The notes under the pieces were generated by a model. The model saw only the letters and a list, made by a program, of their open reading frames with translations, was not told the origin of the DNA and made no database searches. Positions 51,483 through 64,000 of a stretch of DNA of 64,000 nucleotides are shown here, in pieces. The stretch's first letter is position 1; each line of letters begins with the position of its first letter. The translations under genes were made by a program, and so were the position numbers. Source of the stretch: Blasia pusilla (Eukaryota); the NCBI GenBank assembly GCA_050084515.1, contig CM114271.1, positions 39,742,001 to 39,806,000 on the forward strand. The letters are read 5' to 3'.

Positions 51483-54400
51483 CGTGGTATCGAGCAATTC
51501 CTTGATGAGCATGAACTTGGGGTCGTTGAAGATCTGGGCGTTTGGGGAGAACTCAAGGTAGCCGGAAGACGCGACGCCGAGGAGGAACGCAAGAGGCGAG
51601 GAGGAGATCTGAGAAAATGCGACGACTCGCAAATGGCGACCAAGGGCGAAGAACCGAGAAACCGCGAGTCAAAGCAAAGAAGCTAAAGAGCGAATCAATG
51701 ACGGACGAGAGCCGGAGGTGGAATTTGCGACTCCCAAAGTGCCGAGTCCGGACATGAGGATGTTCCAACCGAAAATCTTTCCGCGGGACCTTCGGGTCCA
51801 GACTTAAACGATCCGGCCTTTTATATCCAAATGATGGGATTGATGAAGGTGATGGCGGACCAGATGGTTGAACAGAGCAAGGTGATCTCGGAATTCAAGT
51901 CAAATGGAGCCTCTAGTTCTGGCAAGAAGCTTTGTAAGACTAATTTGCCAACGCCATTCACAAGAATGGGGCGTTCTCGGAAAGTGAGCGAGTTTCTAAC
52001 GGAACTCGAACTCTATTTCGAAGCACAAAAGGCAGATGAACAAGACAAGGTGACTGTAGCGGTCACGTTTCTGAAGGATCACGCTCTCCATTGGTGGACG
52101 GCTCACCGCAAAGAACATCTAGGTCGTGGGAAAACGTTGAGTTGGGAAGATTTCAAGGAGTTGATTGGGAACCGATTCACTCCGGAATATCAGGAGTACC
52201 GCGATGGCATGGAGTTGGTGAGGTTGCGCCAGAGTGGATCTCTTGGCGCTTATGTGCAAGAGTTTAGTGCGCTCATGAGTGCACTTTCCACGGATGAACA
52301 TACTAAAAAGGTGATCTTCCTAAGTGGGCTCAAATCGAGTGCCGAGAAGGCTCTCTTCCGTATGCCTCACATCCCGCAGAGGCGTCGCGGATCTCTTGAG
52401 ACTAGCCGAAGCGGATTGGGGACGATGAAGTCCAACACCCGAAACCCTTTGAGACAAAAAGTTTTTCTAAGTTACAGAAGAACAAAGGGGCATCCAAGAG
52501 GGTTTGGAATGGGGGTGAGCGTGACCACGGAGGGTCTCTCGCCCCAGCGGCGAAACGAGTGGAACTCAACGCGAAGCCAAAGGGGCCGCCGTTTACGAAG
52601 TCAACGCATGCCAAAGTGATTTGCTACAATTGTGGCGAACCCGGGCATATGGCTAAGGAATGTGTTAGGCCCAAGGTTAGTAAACCGAGTATGATTGCGT
52701 TTGCCGCTAAGCATTTATCGGAGGGAGATCTAGATACATCTCTACAAGTCACCAAGAGAACGCCCAATTTAGTTTACCTAGGATCGAGGATCGCTAATCG
52801 CGATGTGATGTTGCTCGTTGATACAGGTGCTTCGCACTCATTCTTGAGTCCGAGAATCGTAAAAACGTTGGGATTGCCAACCACCAAGGCGGATGAACCC
52901 ATTAGGGTAGGATTCGCGGGAGGCAAGTCCCACCGGACATCGATCTGGTTTTAGGGCTAGTTGTGAGATGCGGAGTGAAGGAGAATTTTACAGTTTGCGA
53001 GATGGACGGTATCGACGGAGTCTTGGGGAACACGTTCTTGGATGCGTATGAGGTGGAACTGAGGCGGAGACCTTTGAGGTTGAGCGTCTTGGTTAACGGC
53101 AAACGGACGGACGTAAGATTGGTTCGTGAGGTGCCTAGAAAGACGGAGTTGGTGAACGCTATCACGAGGACGAGTTTGGCCGAGTTAGAGGAAGGATTCC
53201 TTTGCTTGATGAGACAGTAGAGGATGATGCAAGCGCGAGATGCGAGAGATCAGAACTCAGCTTCAAGGGGATCCCTAAAACACTCAAGAGAGTTGTGAAA
53301 GAATTTGAAGATGTGTTGACTAAGGAGCTTCGAGTCGAGTTGCCACCACATAGGGCGGTTGATCATAAGATTGAGGTGATACCAGGATCTCAACCACCTT
53401 CAAAGGCACCATATAGGTTGAATCAAGAGGAACTTGCTGAGTTGAAGAAACAGTTGGGTGAACTCCTAGAGAGGGGTTACATCCGAACAAGCAAGTCACC
53501 TTATGGGGCGCCCGTCCTCTTTGTCAAGAAGAAGGATGGGAAGTTGAGACTCTGTGTTGATTATCGGGCGTTGAATAAAGTGACGATAAGGAATAACTAT
53601 CCTCTATCGAGGATGGATGACCTCTTTGATCGATTGTCGGGTGCCAAGTATTTCAGCCGGATTGACCTGAAATCAGGATATTATCGATTCGGATTGCGAA
53701 GCGGATGTAGAGAAGAGCGCACTGTAGGGCGAGATACGGTTCGTTCGAGTTTGTAGTAATGCCTTTCGGTGTTTTATGTCGCCTCCGGCGTTTACCACTT
53801 TGATGAACTCCATCTTTCACAAGGAGCGGATAAGTTTGTGATCATCTATATAGATGACATACTCATCTATTCGAAAAGACTAGAGGAGCACGCTTTCGAC
53901 ATTTGAAGACGGTGTTTGAGAAACTTAGGCGAACAATTTGTATGCGAATGCGGATAAGAGTGAGTTCAGTTTGCGAAGATCAAGTTATTGGGGCATGTGG
54001 TTAGTGCGGATGGAGTGAGTCGGACATGGAAAAGGTGAGCACGATTGCGAATGGGAACCGCCTTCCACGGTGAAGGGATGAGAAGGTTCATCGAGTGTCG
54101 ATTTTACGGACATACGTGAAGAACTTTTCGGGCATAGTGAAACCTCTCACGGATTGGACCGCAAAGTTTGTCAATACTACATGGACCGAGGAAGTGGATA
54201 AAGCGTTCAATCGAGTCAAAGAGATCCTCTCGCAAGAACCGATTCAAATCGCCGGAGTTTGAACAACCGTTCGAGGTGCACACGGATGCTAGTGATTTCG
54301 CGATTGCAGGAATGTTGGTGCAAAAAAGGAGACCAGAGCATACGAAAGCAAGAAGCTTACCGACACCGAAAGGAGATGGCCTACTCATGAGAAAGAGTTG

Positions 54401-56823
54401 TTTTGCGGTGGTTCATTGCTTGAGGAAGTGGCGTCACTATTTGGGACTTCACAGGACTCGAGTATTCACCGATAACATATCGCTCAAGTATTTTGAGACC
54501 AGGATCGCGTGGCGCCAAAAAAACCGGTGGCATGATACCTTGGCGTTGATGAATGTGGAGCTAATCCACAAGCCTGGGAAAGAAAATGTCATTCCAGATG
54601 CGTTAAGTCGCAGGGATGAACACATGCCATCGACGACACAAGTGTTGAGAGCAATGTTCCCTAATGAAACAGACCTGGAAAGAAGGATTCGTGAAGGATA
54701 CATGAAGGATGAGCAAGCGAGGGAGTACATTGGGAAGTTAAAGCGGGGCGAGAAGGTGGCCAATCTGAGTTTGAGACACGACTTGCTAAGGTTTAAGCAG
54801 AGCAGGATCTATGTAGGCCAAGGCAAGCTACGGACCAAGGTGTTTGTGGAATGTCATGATGGACCTTTGGCGGGACACAAAGGGGAGAAATCCACTCTTG
54901 CTGTTTTGTCTAAGAGGTTCTTCTGGCCCAACATGAAGGAAGATGTTGCTCAATATGTGAAAACATGCGTGACCTGCTAGGCGAACCGCGTGTCTTATGC
55001 GAAGAAACAAGGTTTACTTCATCCTTTGCCAATCCCGGAGGGACCCTTGCAAAGCATTAGCATGGATTTCATTACGAGTCTTCCAGAATCTGAGGGATAC
55101 AACGCTATACTTGTGATAGTTGATCGGTTTAGCAAGTTGGGGAGGTTTGTGCCGACGAGAGAGTCTGCGACGGCCTACACGAATTCCCAACTATTCCTGG
55201 ATGGTTGGTGGCGTGCGCACGGATTTCCTAGGAGCATTGTGTCCGATCGGGATCCGAAATTTACCAGTGCCTTTTGGAAACATCTATTCAGGACGTTCCG
55301 GACCAAACTCAACTTTAGTACGGCCTTCCATCCTCAAACGGATCGGCAAACGGAAAAAGTAAACTCGGTCGTAAACCAATACTAACGGAATTACGTGAGT
55401 GCGGACCAAAGAGATTGGGCCAAGTGGTTAAGTATGGCTGCGTATTGTTACAACTCGACTAAGCATTCTGCAACCGGAGAATCTCCGTTTCTTGTGGCGT
55501 ATCAAAGAGAACCAGAAAAGGGCCTCTTGACTTAGCTCTTCGAAGGGCAATACATCGACACACACTCGTCAAGCAACGGCGGAATGTTTGTTAGTGGAAA
55601 TGCAGAACGACAAGAGCGGCGAGAGAAAGTCTCGCCAAGGCTCAACTAAATACGTAAAGCATGCTAGCAAAAGTCGGCGCCAGGTGAGTTTCAAGTTGGG
55701 AACAAGTGTGGTTGAGTGTTAAGAATCTCACTCTTCCGAAGGAATTGTCCATGAAATTGTCAGCCAAGTATCTTTGGACCGTATGTGATCAAGGCAAAGC
55801 CGTTTGAGGATGTATACACGTTGGAGCCGCCAAACGAGTTCAAGATTCACCCGACTTTCCATGTGTCATTATTGAAGAAGTATCTTCAAGACAATGTCGT
55901 CGGGAGCGAAGGAGGATTTTGAGACCACAACCGGTCATCAGAAATGAGGAACGAGTTTGAGGTTTGAGACCATTCTGCGTTCAGGCGTAGGGCCACCAAA
56001 TCGAGTACTTGGTCAAGTGGAAAGGCTATCATGTGAAAGAGGCGACTTGGATTATGGAGGCGGATCTAGAACATGCGCAAGAAGCATTGCGTGACTTCAG
56101 ATGGATGCAAGAAAGGCACGTGCGTTAGTACATGGTGAAGCAATGGACATAACTTGTGACCGGAAAGCTTGGGCCGATAACGCATTGTAACTAGAAAGGT
56201 TTAGTTGTTGCAATAAAGAAGACATGGATTTGGAGATTCGATGCTTGTATTGTAATTTTGAGTTTGGTTTGTGCAAGGCAATGAGTAGTTCTTCATATGC
56301 TTAGGATGTAAGTCAAGGAGACCAAACAATGAGTATTTGAGGTGAGAGCTTGTATTCAGATAAGACATCTAGATCAGGACCAAGTGTTGAAGTACTAGCA
56401 TTTGGGCTCGCCCTAACGTCGGCGGGGCAGATGGGTCTGTCTTGGGGTTTGTGGTGATCTCATTCATGTTTCATGACTGAACTTAGTGACGCGCCTAGGT
56501 GGAATACAGGTGACTCAAAAAGTAGTACGAGTTGGCTAAGTAGACAGGCGGTTGTTTACAAATAGTGAGTGAAGTGTTAGGTTGAAGAGTTAGTGAGCTT
56601 ATTTTGATAGTTAGATTAGTTCCGCAGAACTAGTCTAGGCTCGTCAGAAAGCAGAGGCTAATAAGTCTAAGTGCTGCAAGCGACAACCTAAGACTTAAGC
56701 CAAAAAGATGAATTGCAGGTTAGCTACCAAAACGCGATTCTTTGTTAAGGGGTCGGCTTCCCAGAACTTAACATCAATAAGGTTTGCGTTGATGAGGACA
56801 TCAACCTTCTAAGGAGGGGTGAG

Positions 56824-57854
56824 TGTCGCGACCCTCATTACCAAACAACACCAAATACGCGCCAAGCGAAACATCAGAACTCAAAGGAACTCACGCCGGG
56901 AGGTTTGCGCTTTGGAGAGGCGTTTGGAAGAGTCTCTTGGAAAAGTCTAAGAGACGAAACGCGGAACAGAGTTGTGCGTGTCATGCGTTAGTGGTCGCGA
57001 CCAGGAAACCTAGACCAAACGCGAGCCGAGACTTGAGATGAGTTGAGTCTTGGAGGTTGGTTGCCAAAGAGGTGAGAACCAGTTTGGAACACGACTAGCG
57101 TTTGGGAGAATCTGATTGTGTTTAGGACCATAACGTTGAGCTCCGAGATGCATTTGGGACAAATAAGGGCGCGTTGGAAAGCTGATCTTGAGACGCTTCC
57201 AACGCACCAAAGATCTCAGCAAACGCATACGTACATGCTGAGATATTGGCCGAAAACAATTCAGAGAGCAATCGGGTTGAGGGCCAATTGGAGAGGCCCG
57301 GGTGTCTTTCCCTAAATGTAGGGGGCCCTCGGAGATCCCCAGAAGTACTAGTAAGGGGAGTACCTTCTCTGAGATGTCTCGGGAAACAAAACCCCACTTT
57401 GGGCGCCAAACGGCGTTTCAGAGGCACGGGATGGAACGAGAGTTTGGCGCGGAAACCCGAAACCCAAACCTGATCCAAGGGAGTGGACTTTGTACGCCAC
57501 ACTTGGATTCCAACCCGAGATTCACTTTGTGCGAGTCTTGGTGAGGAACTCATTGGATGTTCATCGGACAGTTGGAACCGCTAGCGCGAAACGCCGCTTT
57601 TGAGTTCTGAACCGACAAAAAGTCTGTCCCAAGTCTTTCGAGACTTGCCCGTGTTGGAAACCGCGAAACTAGGAAGGTTGAGCTTGAAGAGAGAGTCCAA
57701 GACGATAACTCGGAAAGTAATCCCGCTGATTGATCCAAGACCCGACTAACCGAAGTGCGTGTTTGGATGCAGATCAACGTTGAGAGCGTGACCTACTGAA
57801 CGCACGCTTCCGCAACAAACAAGATTAACGTTCAAGGAGAGTAGGCGCACGACA
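56824..57854 (+). repeat. 3' LTR
   Basis: Near-identical to 50456-51482, preceded by the PPT. Confidence 0.95.
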
Positions 57855-58468
57855 ATACATGCACATGAAAGTTATAATGGGGTTGCTCAACGCACCTTAG
57901 TAAAGTTCTTTGATAGATACTCAAACCTCCAACATAATATGATCATAAGATGGAATGGGACTATAGAATTGGCCATCATTCAACCTCCTTTATTGTAGCA
58001 TGTGTCGACGAGTGCATCTCTCCATGTTCGAGAGAGGAAATTCAAACTCATCTTGTGCGGGTGCAAACTCACACTCATAATTGATTTCTTGGAGTATTTT
58101 GGAAGAAATCAATGGGGCGGTATTAAATGTGCTTGGAGAGAAGGAGGTGAACATTTAACCGTGTTGCAAAAATTGGTAGAGTAGATAATAAAGTCCATGA
58201 ATGTCAAAAAAATGTCTTACATAGTGGGAGAAATGCCACTCTCTCCTCATTGGCTAGAGCCATGACACTCTAGATGATTGTGTTGCTCCAATCTCTTCTA
58301 TTCATATTGTTTTATTTTTGGGCAACACAACACTTGTTTGGAGGCAACATAAAATCTATTGAGTTCCTAAATCATTTATTCAAATGCATAATGGATCATC
58401 CATATATACACCTTATTTTGTATTCAAAGTGGGGAACCCTCATTTACTAAGAGTCATTGTAAAGACCA

Positions 58469-58646
58469 CTAGTATATAGCCCGTGCGATGTACGGGAGTG
58501 AAGGGACTAATGATGTTGCACACAAATTCAATTTTCTTTTCTTGGTGCCTGCAGTATGGGAAACATTTTCTTGCTCTCTAATTGCCACACGTCAAGTAGA
58601 GAGGTGTTTGCAAATCAAGAAGGCACTCTCCAATAAGTAATATAGA
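58469..58646 (-). mobile_element. Complete 178-bp non-autonomous Helitron
   Basis: Minus strand: A|TCTATATTAC...CCCGTACATCGCACGGG hairpin, 7 nt, CTAG|T; sits in an AT dinucleotide with no TSD. Confidence 0.8.
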
Positions 58647-60868
58647 TTGGCAAAGGAGTGGGTCCTAGCTATGTAAAGACTACTTGTAAAGGGAGGAGAA
58701 AAAATAGGCGCACACACTTTTCTACATAGAATTATGCTTATGATGAATGGCACATAAAGGAAATGAGTGTTTGTCGCACATTCTTTGATAGATGCTATTA
58801 AAATTCATTTCCCCTTCCCATCAAATATGAATTAAGAAACAAAGTTTTGAATTTTGGGTTATTTTTTTTTAAATTATCCCATCTTTAGGATCATCCATTA
58901 TAATATAAATTAATTAAATTCTTAATTAATAAAAATATTTTCCCTCTCAAATTCATTCTCTCCACCTAAGAAAAACATTTGAAACATGTTTTAATTTTGT
59001 CTTGTTAATCCACTATTTAGCCTTATTGGGTCGCCCATTATAGTATAGACTGTATTTATTAAGTACCTGACACTAGTTTGTAGAACTTCTATTGATGTGA
59101 AGAATCCGCACAATCTTATGATATCTTGCCAAATCCTCTTATTGTCCATCTACTCTCCATATATCTTCATTTTCAATCATAGAATATTTACATATTTATA
59201 TTATTTACTCCCTCTCTTGTATTACTCGACCACTATACGGCTCCTTTTTTGGGTTTTGAGTTTTACGACGGAGGAGGAGGGAGTATACGAATCGCGACAT
59301 GAAGTCTACTAATAGGCTATTTTGTATCGTACTAATGAAGAAAAATACTAACACAGATGCTAACATCAGATCGTTAAAACCTCATATCCTACGGTCTAGA
59401 AGCATGCAGAATAACTTGCATTCTACATGCTCTGCACTTAGAATCGACTTCTTGTAGGGGCCGTAAAGACTCTCCTTATTTTGATCGCAATTTTGAATAG
59501 AGGAATGCTTGTGGCTAACCTATTTCTACACATGCTTTGGTAAGGTTAGGGTCTACCTTGTTGGAAGTTGGTTGCTTTGAGCGGCTTTACCAACTTTCAT
59601 TCTTATCACAAGGTTTACTCAATGGAAACTACTACATGCATTATCCTAGCTCCCCCACCACCCTCTAACTAAATTGAGAGGTGAGTTGGATTGTCAACCT
59701 AACACAAAGATAAACTTTTGGGAAATAAAAATTTTGGTGTCTTTCTTTTGGCCCCTCAATCAGATATCCTTCTTTCCACATCTAGGTTTGATGTCCTTCC
59801 ATTCCCTACTTGTGGATTTTGTACCTCCTATTTCCATCATAACTCCTTGAGAGTTGATCACCTATTATCTTTTATAATTTACCAACTGCTAAAATCTTGC
59901 AAGTAAAAAATACCAAGCACTCTCCTTCTTCCACTAATAGGGGTTGGGGGGTTCTAAATGTGGGTTTGCAAGTCGTATTTTGGCCTAGACTACTACTTTG
60001 TGAGTACTATATATATATGTCTATACACAAATTATGTAGACAAGTAAATATATCAATATGCAAACCTAATTAAATCACTATAGAACTTGTAAAGAAATAA
60101 AATTTTGGGAGTAAGTTTTGCAAAGTGTGAAGCCTTGCAAGGTACTCGCACATCTACAAATGGGACTTGTAACATTCTTTTGGTGCATTTTCCAATGTTG
60201 AGAAGGCTTGTGGGTTTTTCTTTGCCCAAGTTATTTCAACATTCTTTCTTTTCAAGGGCTTCTTGGAAGGATAAGCGTAGTGTGGTGAAGCCTCATCTTG
60301 ATATATGTGACATTGCACGGGGTTTTGAGGATGTCTAATAGGTTCTTTTCTCCCTTGCTTTGATAGTAGAACCAAAATTGGGGTTGAAAAAAGGTTTTAG
60401 GTGGTTGTGATGATATGGTTGAAGTCAACGATGCAAAGAGTCCTATGAAGGAGTACAATATCCAATTTTGGGATAATTTTGATAGCAAATTAAATTTGTT
60501 TGTGATGGAGAGCGCACAAAGGTTTGTGGATTAATACGATTCGAATACTTGTCAAATATTGAACAATCTTAAAATTTGAGAGGTAAAACTCAAAAAATGA
60601 GGACCAACCTTGTGTACCTATATACAAGTTTGAGCTAAAGATGATATTAGTATAACCCAATCCAACCGTGCTAGCACTATAGTCGCCTCCACCTCCATCT
60701 TCTCACAACCATTGATGCAAGTCTCCTCGCTACATATCTATCTACATAAGGGGGAATTCAGCAATTTGAAGTGTTTGTCTAAAAATTTGGCGCACTTCAA
60801 ACATTTGGTAAAATTGTATATTCTCAGAAATATATTCGTGTTGTTTCATTATTATGCGATTGCGAATC

Positions 60869-61168
60869 AAGAAGCTATCCTCCTTAACAATATAGATGTA
60901 AGACTTTTAATCTCTTGTTCAGGCCTTTGTTCCTACCTGCTTCCACACTAATTCTCAAAGCTAATTCTCAATAGTTAATATAAGTAAGAATAACTTCCAT
61001 AAATCATAATTAAGATCTCTTTAGGAATTAAGAAGCTATCCTCCTTAACAATATAGATTTAGGACTTTTAAGCTCTCGTTCATGCCCTTGGTCCTACCCG
61101 CTTCCACACTAATTCTCAGTAGTTAATATAAGTAAAAGTAACTTCCATAAATCATAATTAATATCTCT
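60869..61168. repeat. Two-copy tandem duplication, unit about 160 bp
   Basis: aagaagctatcctccttaacaatatagat...aacttccataaatcataattaa at about 60869 and 61030. Confidence 0.85.
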
Positions 61169-61186
61169 ACGACCCAGTATGTGGCA

Positions 61187-61335
61187 TCTATATTATTATT
61201 GGAGAGTACCTTTTTGATTTGCTAACACCTCTTTGTTTGACACGTGACAACCGGACTACAAGAAAATATTTTCCTTCTATGAACAGCAAAAAAAAGATTT
61301 TATGTGCAACATGTCAAGGGACATGAGTCCCTTCG
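61187..61335 (+). mobile_element. Partial mini-Helitron family copy (5' end at 61187)
   Basis: A|TCTATATTATTATTGGAGAGTACC.., similar to the reverse complement of 58500-58646; no hairpin/CTAG end seen. Confidence 0.6.
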
Positions 61336-61619
61336 GTATTTCTTAAAGAACCTCCCATTGGTTTACTTGCCAGGTACCATGGTGTAATAGGTTCATGTTG
61401 ATTTTTAAAATTTCACTAAAATTTTAAAAAAGACATTTTTTACAAAATTGGGTCACCATGTTGTAAAAATGAATTTTGGAGCTTACACCTCGTAAAATAG
61501 AAGCGTCCTCAAATTAGTAAAGAGATGATTAACTTTTTTAATTAAAAATGTATAACGTGAAGGGGAATTCGAGAGGCCCCCGTGCAAAGGATGGCAAATT
61601 TGAAAATCTCTGTAGAGAC

Positions 61620-61635
61620 AGGGTTTAGGGTTTAG
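61620..61635. promoter_or_regulatory. Telo-box-like element upstream of the kelch gene
   Basis: agggtttagggtttag (contains AAACCCTA on the minus strand) about 130 bp upstream of the ATG. Confidence 0.55.
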
Positions 61636-61765
61636 CTTCCTTCGGTGCTTACCACGTTGTATTGCAAATTGTCATCGCCGTCTGCAAGCGATAGAGGGAC
61701 CAATTTCTGTCTGAAATTCGTTTGTGTTCCGGAGGACTGATGAGCGTGTTCGAAAAGCTCTAGAG

Positions 61766-64000
61766 ATGGGGAAAAAACAAAAGAATTCTGCCGGCAAGGG
61801 CAAGGAGAAGACTCTACGGAAAACCGCGAAAGCCGAGGAGAAACGTGTCAAGAGAGAGGATAAAAAGTTGAAGGAAGAGGATGACATTGACGCAATTCTG
61901 GTACATAATCAGGGAGAGCGTCCCTTGCCGTGAATGTTTCCATGCTTGTTTCAAAGAATGGATTCTCTCAAACCATCGAAAATGACAGCAATGATGAAGT
62001 CCGGAGAGGAAATTTAGAGAGTCTGATTCAGGAATGTGGTCAGCGTTATAGAGATTTCTTAGAGCTTCCTCTAACCGATACCTTCATTGTAGTCGATGGA
62101 AACGTGGATCGAGTAAATATTGAACTGAGGGTAAATGTCTCATTATGCCCGTGGTTCCATGTCGATTTGGTCTGAATTGCGAAGGTTGATTGCATGATTT
62201 TTGCTCTCAAGAGCATCTGGCAACCATTTTCACTATCTTGAATTTCGTGATTTTGCTACGAGAGCAGATGTGCAGACTTTAGCAGAATTCACTATCAGAT
62301 GATAGTATATGTTATGACTACGCTAGCTGGATTGTAAATGTTGCACATTCTGTTCCTTGATCATGAGTAGATCTTACTGTCGAACAGGCCAAAATTCAAA
62401 AGGAGGATGCTAAGAAGGTTGCTGTACACATTGATGAAAATGTGCCGGCACCATCACCTCGATGTAATTGCTCGGTAAGTCGGATTTTCATTTTGAACTT
62501 CCGTCTTTGTTGGTCTAATGGATGGGTTTTAAATTCTGGTGTGGTTAAAAATTTAAGCATGCGTTGAATTGTACATCGTAACCTGGATCTTCTGGACTTA
62601 TTTCTATGTCAGCACTTTAGTCGAAGCGATTCAACGAATGCCCTGAAACTACTATCGCAATGAACTGTTCTTGGTCCTGTTCCTTTGAGGTTTGTCGGAT
62701 CGTAGTTACCGAGTTGGTTACTCAGTTTTGATGTACCCTAAATGTGAACTGACTCGTATTGTCCCTCTTCCGAAGACAGTATTGAAGATTACATCAATTA
62801 AGGTTAAGTTTGTCTGGATATAAAATCGTCAGTAGGCTTCAGGGCGATTGTTTTAGTTTTTGTGATGATATGGCTCACGATCAGCTTAAGTTCAAAAGTT
62901 GTTGTACTAGTGTATAGAAGCTGCCCAGCATGATAACGAGCTAGTTGGTTTATTGGAAAATTGTCTCCTCTCTTGCATGTTTCGGCAGGTCACTGTAAAC
63001 CCTGCAAAGGAAACCGAGTTGATCTTTTATGGAGGTGAATATTACAATGGTAACAAGGTGAGACCTTTACAGATTTGGTGTGGAAAATTTTGGTATAATT
63101 CCTTGGGTATATGTACGCGTAGTCCAGTCTTCATTCGCTGGATGCCTTTTCTGAGACTAGATGAAGTGAAGCATTCTCCAGCAACTCTACTTTCAAAAGA
63201 TCTGCTCAAACACCAGCCTGGACCTGTGGTCCATTCATCTTTTAAGATCGAAAAGATGCTGCTTTGTGTCTAGGAGCACAAGTTTGCTCTTTATGAACAG
63301 GTATCAGAAACACTTCTGATGGCATGCTCACTTGAAAAAGTTCCAGACGTTCGTTTATGGTGACCTTTACAGGTTTAATGTGGAGAAGGGAGAATGGAAA
63401 CTAGTGTCCAGCCCAAATAGCCCACCACCAAGGAGTGCTCACCAAGCTGTTGCATGGAAAAACTCTCTCTTCATATTTGGTGAGTGTTGAGTTCAGGTTT
63501 TGACATGAAGAATGAAAAGAAAGGCTGGAAATCAAATTCATCTAAATGCAAAACACTCTAATAAGTTGCTCTGTCATCTTTTTTCAGGTGGTGAATTCAC
63601 GTCCCCAAATCAAGAAAAGTTCCATCACTACAAGGTAGATTGGTGGGACCTACTGTGTGAATATTTTAGCATCTTTTCCCGTCTGCAACAAATGGTGAGA
63701 AGGTGGTGACAGTCATGGATCACCGGGGGTTAACAAAGGTTTGAAGAGTTTAATTAGTCATGCACACAAGTCAGTTAAAAAAACAAGTACCAACCTCGAT
63801 GTCATCTGATGTAGATTGGCCACAGGGATTTGCTGACATAAAATTCATCAACCCCCTGAGTGGTTAATCATTGACTCTATATTGCAAAGGAAGACGTAGT
63901 TGCTTTGTGCATGTTGGAATGCTTGTTTTACATTTTGAGCAAGAACAAGCTCCGTACTCCGATCTTACTAGATTTGGATTGTCTCATCAGGATTTATGGA
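61766..64000 (+). CDS. KLHDC4: Kelch domain-containing protein 4-like, 5' partial; exons 61766-61900, 62388-62474, 62989-63057, 63347-63479, 63588-63634, 63991->64000
   Basis: MGKKQK..GKGKEKTLRKTAKAEEKR..EDDIDAIL|..PSPRCNCS|VTVNPAKETELIFYGGEYYNGNK|TFVYGDLYRF..PPPRSAHQAVAWK..FG|GEFTSPNQEKFHHYK|DLW, with GT-AG introns in phase. Confidence 0.9.

Larger units (their letters stand above)
50456..57854 (+). mobile_element. Full-length Ty3/Gypsy chromovirus
   Basis: LTRs 50456-51482 and 56824-57854 (TG..CA); TSD ATACA at 50451-50455 and 57855-57859; PBS tggtatc-gagc at 51485; PPT aaggaggggtgag 56811-56823; CYNCGEPGHMAKEC, VDTGASHSF, YIDD, SISMDFITSLP, chromodomain EYLVKWKGYHVKEATW (about 56000-56050). 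Confidence 0.95.

Overview
Eukaryotic, most likely land-plant, nuclear DNA dominated by nested transposons, with three spliced host genes: thiamine pyrophosphokinase (+, 39277-41893), a TSSC4-family gene (-, 45186-42775) and the 5' part of a KLHDC4-like kelch gene (+, from 61766). A decayed minus-strand Helitron (<1 to about 26978) is interrupted at a GAGT duplication by an 18-kb LTR-bounded block (4248-22222). That block holds a degenerate Ty3/Gypsy element with the unusual order Gag-PR-[C5 DNA methyltransferase]-RT-RH-INT-[PHD finger]. This element is split by a younger chromodomain Gypsy (8154-15432, TSD CAAAT) and lies next to a 0.8-kb copy of the last exon and 3' region of the TPK gene 20 kb away. 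The rest of the window has a second, divergently oriented intron-containing Helitron (27123 to about 38430), a Copia remnant, a second full-length chromovirus (50456-57854, TSD ATACA) and a family of about 180-bp mini-Helitrons. The standout is the retrotransposon carrying both a DNMT3-like catalytic domain and a PHD finger. All calls come from manual reading and recalled motifs; no searches were run.
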